A program made the position numbers and the translations under genes. Below, one piece after another: positions 33,197 through 40,996 of a stretch of 59,016 nt of DNA (position 1 is the stretch's first letter; each line of letters opens with the position of its first letter). This stretch comes from Myxococcota bacterium (GTDB lineage Bacteria; Myxococcota_A; UBA796; CAJQPC01): the NCBI GenBank assembly GCA_036229005.1, contig JAZAMN010000069.1, positions 1-59,016 on the forward strand. The letters are read 5' to 3'. The notes beneath the pieces are model-generated. The model saw only the letters and a list, made by a program, of their open reading frames with translations, did no database searches and was not told the origin of the DNA.

Positions 33197-34801
33197 TCAG
33201 ACCTCGACTACGCTCCGCCGGCGCCACCCCAGCAGCAGCAGCAGCCCCAGGCCCACCAAGCCGCCGCCGGCCGTGGAGCCGAGTCCCTGACACCCGCAGC
33301 TCTGGGGTGGGTTGGACGCTGGCGGGTCGTCGGCGTCCGAGACGGCATCGCTGTCCTGCGGCTCGGGGCCGTCTGGAGACTCGCCGCTGTCCTGGGGCGC
33401 GGTGTCCGCCAGGGTGTCCTCGCCGTCGCAGTCGTTGTCGATCCCATCTCCAGGGATCTCGGTGGCTGAAGGGTGGACCCCAGAGTCGCTGTCATCACAG
33501 TCCCCCTCCTCCTCTGCCCAGCTGCCCTCGGCCGGAGCCTCGCAAGAGAGGACCGCGGGGCCCGAGCCGAAGCCGTCACCGTCGGCATCCGGGTACCAGG
33601 GTTGCTCGCACTTGAGGGTATAGATGTAGACCGCGCCCCCTGGGTCGTCGAAGCGGGCCGCGACGACCAGCTCATGCACGCCGTCCCCGTCGAAGTCGCC
33701 TGAGGGACCGGGCCGCACGCCGAAGTAGCCGCGCTCGGGTTGGGGGTTGTCGATGGTGACCAGGGGTTTGTCCAGGTCGGCGCTGGGGCCCCCCTTGAAG
33801 ACGTGGACCTGTTCCAGCGTGCTGCTGTTGGTCAAGCCCCAGGACACGAGCTCCGGGTGTCCGTCGCCGTCCAGGTCGCCCTGCAGATAGGACGGGGCCT
33901 TTGCCCCTATGGCGGTGCTGTGGCGTGAGCTGGTGAAGCTCCCCGTCCCGGAGCCTTGGTAGAGGGTGAGGCTGCTGCCTTCGAAGTACCAGAAGTCTCC
34001 GAAGCCGTCGTGGTTCAGGTCGCCGGCTTCGCTGTCAAAGAGCTCAAACCAAGCGCTGCCATGCTCGCCGCTGGCCATCTCGTCTCCGGCGGCCAGGCCG
34101 TCGAAGGTGACGATCTCGGCGCCGCCGGTGTCCCCAAGGGCCTCCAGGGTCAGGACCTCCTGGTCGCCATCGCCATCCACGTCCAGGATCCGAGGCCGCT
34201 CCGCGAGGCGCTTCTCGGCCACCAAACGGTAGACCTCTTCCGTCTGGATGCCCTCCGCTGAGCCGGGGAAGACGTAGAGGATCCCGCTCCCGGCCGCAAT
34301 GACATCGCTGTAGCCGTCGCCATCCAGGTCCCCAGCAGCGGGCTCGAAGCCGAAGCCATCTCCCCAAGCCGCGGCGGGGCTGGTGAGCTCGGTGGGGCTG
34401 CTGTTCAGGCCGCTGGCGCTTCCCCAGTACACATAGACCGAGCCGGAGGTTTTGTAGTAGGCGATGGGGGCACCGGCTGCGACGAGCACGTCACCAAAGC
34501 CGTCGCCGTTGATGTCGCCTGCGGCGCGGAGACGGAAGCCATACCAAGGGCGGTCTGCAGGGCTCGTGAACACGGCAGCGGGTGTCGAGGAGAGGCCGGT
34601 CTCGCCGCCAAGGTAGAGCAGGAGCTCCTGATTGATCGTGGAGACCACCAGGTCGTCCCGGCCGTCCCCGTTCACGTCTCCGGGAGAGATTGCATCGAGT
34701 CCGAATGCGCCGGACTCAACCGGGGTCGGGTGTTCCAAGCGCAAGAGCAGCTCGGGTGACCAGGTCGCGGCCATCAAGAGGAGGAGGGTTGAAGGCAACA
34801 T
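33197..34801 (-). CDS. FG-GAP/VCBS repeat surface protein with MopE-like motif and MYXO-CTERM-like anchor
   Basis: GDxNGDGxxD repeats, DCDDSD..PSATEIPGDGIDNDCDG, C-terminal SCGC..TM..WRRRS. Confidence 0.8.
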   Translation of the reverse strand: MLPSTLLLLMAATWSPELLLRLEHPTPVESGAFGLDAISPGDVNGDGRDDLVVSTINQELLLYLGGETGLSSTPAAVFTSPADRPWYGFRLRAAGDINGDGFGDVLVAAGAPIAYYKTSGSVYVYWGSASGLNSSPTELTSPAAAWGDGFGFEPAAGDLDGDGYSDVIAAGSGILYVFPGSAEGIQTEEVYRLVAEKRLAERPRILDVDGDGDQEVLTLEALGDTGGAEIVTFDGLAAGDEMASGEHGSAWFELFDSEAGDLNHDGFGDFWYFEGSSLTLYQGSGTGSFTSSRHSTAIGAKAPSYLQGDLDGDGHPELVSWGLTNSSTLEQVHVFKGGPSADLDKPLVTIDNPQPERGYFGVRPGPSGDFDGDGVHELVVAARFDDPGGAVYIYTLKCEQPWYPDADGDGFGSGPAVLSCEAPAEGSWAEEEGDCDDSDSGVHPSATEIPGDGIDNDCDGEDTLADTAPQDSGESPDGPEPQDSDAVSDADDPPASNPPQSCGCQGLGSTAGGGLVGLGLLLLLGWRRRSVVEV

Positions 34802-34971
34802 TGGGACCCCGTGTCTACTGGTAGGTTACGGGGTGTGGGTGGGTGGTGCAACAATGGGGCCATGGAAGGCGTGGTCCTCTACGCTTCCCTCGATGACAAG
34901 ATCAGAATCGACGGCGGCGAACGGGAACACACGATGACTGGCCCAGCAGAGACACAGACCAGGAGAGCGCC

Positions 34972-36741
34972 ATGATCTTCCTTCTCACGCTCTTCTCATG
35001 CCGAAACAGTCAAGCCCCGACAAACGCCACCGGGCTGGACTCGGACACAGGCACGCCTTGTACACCCATGGACTGGTACCAGGACCTGGACCAAGACGGC
35101 TTTGGGGGCCCAGAGCACACATCTGCCTGCGAGGCGCCCGAAGGGTATATCGCACAGACCGGCGATTGCGATGACAACAACGCCGAGGCCTTTCCCGGTG
35201 CAACCGAGGTCCCATACGACGGTGTTGACCAGGACTGTGACGGTTCCGACCTGCGAGATGCAGACGGCGACGGCGACCCCGTAGAGACAGACTGCGACGA
35301 CGACGACGCCACCCGGGCCAGTACCCACTTCGAGATCTGCAATACGGGTGTGGATGAGGACTGCAACGGGGTGGTGGACGAGGACTGTCAATACTTTGGA
35401 GGTGTGGCCAACGGAGCCCCGGACAAGCAGATCTTCGGTGTTTGGGAGGACGAGTGGTTAGACCGTGCGCTGACCGGAACCCAGGTCTGGGTCTTGGAGG
35501 ACTTCGACGAGGACGGGTTGGCCGACCTTGGCTTTCCGTCGAGAACCTACAGGCAAGACGACTTCCACTTTTTCTCAGGTGCCCAACTACTGGCCGAGGA
35601 TGAGTTGGATATCGATGACGCCTTGTTGTCGCTGAACGCAGACCCTGTAAACCAGGGGTTCACCTATGTTCAGGGCCCTCAGACCATCCTCGTTGACGGG
35701 GAGGCCTATCTGTCACTTGCGACACGCGGCTACCACTACACGGTCTCTGCAGATTCCATCGGCTCAGTCACCAAGGCGCAGGCCGACACCCGTGTTCATG
35801 GGGATGAGTTGTTCGCGTCCACATGGCGTGATCGCGGCGTAGCCGACGACCAGACCTACCTTGTCTTTGAATCCTCTGACCATCTCTATGCCTACCCGCT
35901 GTTCAACACCTCGAGCGACACAAGACCGACTTGGGCCACCATCCAGGACAGCGATTCCGTCGGGTGGCTCTACTCGCTGGACTTGGAGGGCGATGGGAGC
36001 GCAGAGCTCTTTGCTGCCCACAGTACCTATTTTGAAGATGGTAGCCGTGTCGGGAAGATCTCGGCCCTTGTGACGCCGCTGGAGGAGGGGGTCTTCTACG
36101 ACGAAGCCGACCGGGGGAGCGTTCTCATCGACCCTGACCTCGGACTCACAACCGGGTACCACATGGAGCCCGACCCCACACTCCAAGGCGACCTGAACGG
36201 CGACGGCTACGAGGACGTCCTCATGCGCGGCTTTGTCCCCGCCACTGGCGGCCAGTGGCAACCCTACGGAGAGCTGTGGGTCTACCACCAGCAGGGCGCT
36301 TGGGACGCTCCCGACAGCCCCGACCTCCGTTTCGTTCTCCCCGAGATCGAGGACGGAACGGTCCTGAGGGACGGAACCGTACCGATGTCCTTGGGCGACA
36401 TCAACGGCGACGACGAGCTCGACTTGGTGGTCTCCCTGCCCGACCCCGGCCGGGACTCCGCAAACCGGGTGCTGTTGCTCTTGGGCCCCTTTGAAGGCGG
36501 AGTGATCCAGGTGGATGAGGATCCCGACGGCTGGCTGATCGGCCAAGACGCAGCCTACGAGTACGGCAGCGAGCAACACTACGGCTCCCGTCTGGGCCAA
36601 GACCTGGCCTTCCTGCCTGACCTGAACGGAGACGGTTGTGACGAGTTGCTCATCGGCGAACCAGGCTGGGAGAGCAATCCACCGGAAGACCACGGCCCCG
36701 GCGCGGTCAATTTGTTCTGGGGAGCACCGGGGCTTCCTTGA
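34972..36741 (+). CDS. Lipoprotein with MopE-like (DCDD) repeats and FG-GAP repeats
   Basis: LFSC lipobox, DCDDNN..PGATE..DGVDQDCDG, GDLNGDG, DLNGDGCDELLIGEP. Confidence 0.8.
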   Translation: MIFLLTLFSCRNSQAPTNATGLDSDTGTPCTPMDWYQDLDQDGFGGPEHTSACEAPEGYIAQTGDCDDNNAEAFPGATEVPYDGVDQDCDGSDLRDADGDGDPVETDCDDDDATRASTHFEICNTGVDEDCNGVVDEDCQYFGGVANGAPDKQIFGVWEDEWLDRALTGTQVWVLEDFDEDGLADLGFPSRTYRQDDFHFFSGAQLLAEDELDIDDALLSLNADPVNQGFTYVQGPQTILVDGEAYLSLATRGYHYTVSADSIGSVTKAQADTRVHGDELFASTWRDRGVADDQTYLVFESSDHLYAYPLFNTSSDTRPTWATIQDSDSVGWLYSLDLEGDGSAELFAAHSTYFEDGSRVGKISALVTPLEEGVFYDEADRGSVLIDPDLGLTTGYHMEPDPTLQGDLNGDGYEDVLMRGFVPATGGQWQPYGELWVYHQQGAWDAPDSPDLRFVLPEIEDGTVLRDGTVPMSLGDINGDDELDLVVSLPDPGRDSANRVLLLLGPFEGGVIQVDEDPDGWLIGQDAAYEYGSEQHYGSRLGQDLAFLPDLNGDGCDELLIGEPGWESNPPEDHGPGAVNLFWGAPGLP

Positions 36742-36854
36742 CCTTGGTCCACGCGGGGTGACGTGGTGCTTTTCGGAATGGGAAGGCGTTCGGGAGAGCA
36801 TGGGCACCGGTGGGAGGCCATGGGACGGATTCTGGGTACGGGGTAGAAGGCCCC

Positions 36855-37019
36855 ATGCGCTACACCGGCTCCCTCTTTCGGCCTCCCAGTGAGGCACGCA
36901 GCTACATCCTCCAAGCCACCCTCGGCTGCTCCTGGAACAACTGCACCTACTGCTTGGAATCAAATAGTTTCAGCCACTTGAGATATACCTGTACACGCTG
37001 GTTGACCAAGTGTACACGC
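36855..37019 (+). repeat. Junction J1: radical-SAM 5' fragment (33 codons), IHF-like site and paired arm-like repeats
   Basis: MRYTGSLFRPPSEARSYILQATLGCSWNNCTYC at 36855-36953; TGCACCTACTG 36942-36952; TGTACACGC at 36990 and 37011. Confidence 0.85.
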
Positions 37020-37085
37020 TGCGTCCGCAACCGGAGAAGCCCTGGTGCTGGACGCACACGCAGATGAGGGAGAGTTGGTAAGGGC

Positions 37086-38774
37086 TCAAAGGGCTCCGGG
37101 GGCCCCAAGGAACAGGTGCGCCGCCCCTGGCCCAAAGCGGTCCGGGTCTGTCTCGTAGGTTGGGTCTCCGACCAAGAGCTCCTGGCAACCGTCGCCATTG
37201 AGGTCGTCCAGGAAGGCGGCGTGTGCCGCGTACTGGTTCCAGTCCTCGAATCCAACCTGGGCGAGTAGGCCATCGGGCTCGCTCTGGATCTCGATGGTCC
37301 CAGTCCCAAGGGGCCCCAAGGCAAGGGCCAGGCCCGCGAGAGTCTCCTGCTCGACAAACGTCTGGACCAGGTCTGCGTGGCCGTCGCAGTTGATGTCGCC
37401 GAGGTGGAAAGTGCCCAGATTGTAGGCGCCGAAGTGGTCGTCCTGATTCACTACCCGGAGGCCGGGAGCGGTGAGGTCGACCTGGATGGTGTCGATCCAG
37501 ACAAATAGCTCACGTTGGGAGTCGTCTACCCGGACTTCCACAATGAGGTCGGGAAGCCCATCATTGTTGACGTCTTCGGCAAGATCAGGTCGATTGAAGG
37601 CTCGCGTGAGATCGAGGCCCTGACCGAATTCAACTTCGATGGAATCGTGGGCGACCATCACGTCTGATGCATAGCTGGTGTCCACTTCGAAGGGGCCCTG
37701 CCCGTGCCAGAGTCGCTGGGTTCGAAGGTCTGAGGGATCATGGCTTCCTACGAATATCTCGCTGACTCCGTCACCGGTCCAGTCGTCGGTAGCCGACCAA
37801 GCTGGTCTGGTGCCGTCCAGATCGATGGTTGTGAGCTGAAAGGACTCCCCATCCAGAGAGAGGTTTCGAAGCACCAGGCTGCTTCCGTATCCGACACTCG
37901 TAGGAACGGACTCGTCAAGGAGCTCCAGGTGACAGCTTCCGTCACCATACCCAAACAGCCCGTCGCCCCAGTACAGGACCTGGCTCGAGGTGGTCGACAG
38001 GTCGAACACCTCGCAAACGTCGGCCTGGAGTAGCAAGTACTGCGTTCCATCCCTCTCGAACAGAGAGACGAACACCAAGTCCGATAGCCCCGCGGACTCT
38101 TGAGAGCTGCTGACTGCCAACAGCGCCTGATCAAAGTCCGTGACAGGACGAGACAACACATCCCCCCCCGAGAAGAGGTGCACAAAGCGTTCGTCATATG
38201 TATCCCCGGCAACGGCGATGTCTGCCACACCGTCCCCATCGACATCGGGGAGAGAATACACGCCCTGTCCAGCATGGCTCTTGTTCTGCCAGTCATCGAC
38301 CCAGATCCCTTCGATACGGTGATCCGGAGTGCCGCTCGCGATGCCGCCGAAGTACTGACAATCCTCATCCACCACGCCGTCACAGTCCTCGTCCACGCCG
38401 GTGTCGCAGAGCTCAAAGAACAGAGTGGAGCGGAGGGGATCGCTGTCGTCGCAGTCCGTGTCCACAGGGTCGCCGTCCCCGTCACCATCCCGGTTATCCG
38501 CTCCATCACAGTCCTGGTCGACTCCATCCAGGGCGATGTCCGTCGCTCCTGGGTGGACGCTGGGGTCCGTGTCGTCGCAGTCCTCGGCCGTGGTCACGTA
38601 GCCGGGGGTGTCCTGGCACACCGGAACGGCTTCACCGCTGCCCCAGCCGTCGCCATCCTGGTCCGCATAAAGCGTGACCGCTGGGCAGCCGGTATCCTGA
38701 GTGTCAACTGGCCCGTCGGTGTTCGGGTCGGTGCCGTTTCGGCATGCCAGCAGAGCGAGAATGGGAAGGGTCAT
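37086..38774 (-). CDS. Lipoprotein with MopE-like and FG-GAP repeats (paralog of 34972..36741)
   Basis: LLAC lipobox; CxTGVDEDCxGVVDEDCQYFGG shared with 34972..36741. Confidence 0.8.
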   Translation of the reverse strand: MTLPILALLACRNGTDPNTDGPVDTQDTGCPAVTLYADQDGDGWGSGEAVPVCQDTPGYVTTAEDCDDTDPSVHPGATDIALDGVDQDCDGADNRDGDGDGDPVDTDCDDSDPLRSTLFFELCDTGVDEDCDGVVDEDCQYFGGIASGTPDHRIEGIWVDDWQNKSHAGQGVYSLPDVDGDGVADIAVAGDTYDERFVHLFSGGDVLSRPVTDFDQALLAVSSSQESAGLSDLVFVSLFERDGTQYLLLQADVCEVFDLSTTSSQVLYWGDGLFGYGDGSCHLELLDESVPTSVGYGSSLVLRNLSLDGESFQLTTIDLDGTRPAWSATDDWTGDGVSEIFVGSHDPSDLRTQRLWHGQGPFEVDTSYASDVMVAHDSIEVEFGQGLDLTRAFNRPDLAEDVNNDGLPDLIVEVRVDDSQRELFVWIDTIQVDLTAPGLRVVNQDDHFGAYNLGTFHLGDINCDGHADLVQTFVEQETLAGLALALGPLGTGTIEIQSEPDGLLAQVGFEDWNQYAAHAAFLDDLNGDGCQELLVGDPTYETDPDRFGPGAAHLFLGAPGAL

Positions 38775-38813
38775 GGGGAACTACAGAATGTGGCCATCTG
38801 AGGGAGGGGGCGA

Positions 38814-39377
38814 CTACTGATGGAGGAGCCCCCGTAGCTGAGCCACGGAGCGCGGAACCCCATTCCGCTCCAGGATATCCAGCACCTCGTCAAGGGACAT
38901 CGACGGGTTCTTCAGGGCCGCCGCCTGCTCCTGCACGACAAGGAGCACCGCACCGGAAGCAAGGTCGATGAGATCCAGGATGAACGCATCTGGATGAACC
39001 GCCTCAACCCCGTACGGTGCGAGCCTGCTGGCGGGGAAATCCCTGAGATTGTGCGTGACGATGGACTGGGCTCCGCACCGGATCGCGGCTGCCAGAACGT
39101 GACGGTCGTCCGGGTCAGGGAGCTCCAAATCGGCCATGAGCGGCTGGTGCCCCTGGACCATGGCATCGCGGACGGCCAAGTTCATGAGCTCCCGCGTGCG
39201 TGTCAGCTGTTCGGGCCTCAGCTCTGGGCGGTCCTTGATGATGTTCCGGAAGACCTCGTCCAGGATCTCCTCGGTCCACCGAGCACGAAAGAGCCCAGTC
39301 ATGGCGAGGCGCACAAGCAAGTCGCGAAGAGGCGCTGGATACAGCACATTCGCGTCGTAGACGACAGTGAAGGCCAC
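38814..39377 (-). CDS. PIN-domain protein (VapC-like toxin)
   Basis: VVYDANVLYP, LPDPDDRHVLAAAI, IVTHNLRDFP. Confidence 0.9.
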   Translation of the reverse strand: MAFTVVYDANVLYPAPLRDLLVRLAMTGLFRARWTEEILDEVFRNIIKDRPELRPEQLTRTRELMNLAVRDAMVQGHQPLMADLELPDPDDRHVLAAAIRCGAQSIVTHNLRDFPASRLAPYGVEAVHPDAFILDLIDLASGAVLLVVQEQAAALKNPSMSLDEVLDILERNGVPRSVAQLRGLLHQ

Positions 39378-39380
39378 CGC

Positions 39381-39827
39381 TCAGTACCCGAGCCCGAGCT
39401 CCTGGGCCTCCGCCGCCAAGGCGTCCGCCGCCTCCTTGCGACGAGCGTCGTCCAGGCTCTTGTAGGTCACCAGGTCCTGAAGCTGGACCCGTCGATGGGT
39501 GCCCACGCGCCGGAACGGGATCTGCCCCTCGTCCAGCAGCTTGATCAAGAAGGGCCGAGAGACATTCAACAGATCCGCGGCCTGTTGAGTGGTGAGCTCC
39601 GCCTTCACCGGCATGACCGTGACTGCATGCCCGTTGGCCAGGTGAGCCAGCACATTCATCAGCAGCTCAAAGGCCTCGACCGGCACCGTGGCCCGCGCAG
39701 GCTCATCGCCCTGCGCCACAACCTCGACGAGCGTGGGCCGCTGGGTCTTGAGCGCGGTCGAGAAGGCCCGGATGGCCTCGCCAGCCGCGCGCGTGGTCTC
39801 TTCGCTGGGAAGCTCGATGGCGTTCAT
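39381..39827 (-). CDS. Excisionase-family helix-turn-helix DNA-binding protein (PIN partner)
   Basis: ELTTQQAADLLNVSRPFLIKLLDEGQIPFRRVGTHRRV. Confidence 0.9.
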   Translation of the reverse strand: MNAIELPSEETTRAAGEAIRAFSTALKTQRPTLVEVVAQGDEPARATVPVEAFELLMNVLAHLANGHAVTVMPVKAELTTQQAADLLNVSRPFLIKLLDEGQIPFRRVGTHRRVQLQDLVTYKSLDDARRKEAADALAAEAQELGLGY

Positions 39828-39861
39828 GGCGACTCTCCTTGCCGAGAGCGTAGCCACCAAT

Positions 39862-39902
39862 CGGAGCAACCGCAATGACCGAAGCAACTGAAGTGTACAC
39901 GC
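39862..39902. promoter_or_regulatory. 9-bp-period direct repeats upstream of the HTH gene, running into a TGTACACGC motif
   Basis: CGGAGCAAC CGCAATGAC CGAAGCAAC TGAAGTGTA; TGTACACGC at 39894-39902. Confidence 0.5.
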
Positions 39903-39970
39903 GCGCGGGAGGTCCTGGGAGCCGCTGGGAAGGCATGGGCCGAGTTGCTTGGACGGAGTATGAACCGCGC

Positions 39971-40135
39971 ATGCGCTACGTCCCACCCCTCTTTCGGCCT
40001 CCGTCCGAAGCTTCCAGCTACATCCTCCAAGCAACACTGGGATGTTCCTGGTCCAACTGCACCCACTGCTGGGATAGGAGTAATATCAAGTGGTTGTCGC
40101 GTCGCTGTACACCCATTCCGGGGTGGTGTACACGC
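39971..40135 (+). repeat. Junction J2: radical-SAM 5' fragment, consensus IHF site and paired arm-like repeats
   Basis: MRYVPPLFRPPSEASSYILQATLGCSWSNCTHC 39971-40069; TATCAAGTGGTTG 40084-40096; TGTACACCC 40106 and TGTACACGC 40127. Confidence 0.85.
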
Positions 40136-40996
40136 TACTCGGTCGGCGGGGTCGACTGGCCCGCATGGTCGTCCCCCCAAACAGGACAGCTCACCATGCG
40201 GCGTCACGCCACAGTTATGCCAGCCGCCGGCGTCCAGGCTCTCGAAGAGCTCCCCAGACGCGGGCACCTGGCCGAAGTTGACCTGCCCCGCCGCGCCCCA
40301 GCACAGGGCCCCGCCACCCGTCACGCCACAGCTGTGGTAGCTCCCGGCAGTCACGCGGTCCCACGTGGCGTCGATGACCTCGAGCTGCCCTTCGCCGTCT
40401 TAGCCCCAGCACCGGATGGCGCCGCCGTCTTCCACGGCGCAGGCGTGCCGCTGGCCCACATCGACCTGGACGAAGGTCGCGTCCGGAGTGTCGGCGATGT
40501 CGGAGCCGGTCTCGCCCCAGCAGAGCAGGCTCCCGTCGAGGTCCACTCCGCAGGTGAACGACGCCCAACCCGTGCTGATCTGCCGGAAAGCGACATCCGG
40601 CGCATCGGTCCGAGACGACTCGCCCCAGCAGGTGACCACGCCGTCCCTGTCGAGCGCGCACGCGTGGAGCGAGCTGACCTGGACGTCGACGAAGATGCCC
40701 TCGGGGACACCGTCGATCGAGTCTCCCCAGCAGGTCAACGACCCGTCCTGCAGGACCCCGCACGCCGTGCGCGGCCCGATGGAGATGGCCTGGAACGCCT
40801 CTGCTGGCACCTCGAGCTGCCCCCGGTTGTCGTCACCCCAGCACGCTGCCGTGCCGTCCTCTCGGAGCGCGCAGCTGCCGAGGAGAGTTGACGTCACGGA
40901 CACCCAGGGTCCGGTTCTCTCAATCTCCGCGGGGCCCGAGTCGCCGGACTCCTCAGTGGGCGGGACCGTGCACGCGACGAGGGCGAAGAGAATCAC
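40135..40996 (-). pseudogene. RCC1-like repeat lipoprotein with internal stop and late frameshift
   Basis: LVAC lipobox and CA/CG..DG..CWG repeats; in-frame TAA at 40400-40402 with repeats continuing; removing one T near 40180 restores CWGDDHAGQSTPPTE*. Confidence 0.7.

Larger units (their letters stand above)
36942..40057. mobile_element. Module A (3116 bp) between J1 and J2, no integrase
   Basis: Bounded by homologous junctions; cargo is an FG-GAP lipoprotein and an HTH-PIN pair. Confidence 0.6.
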
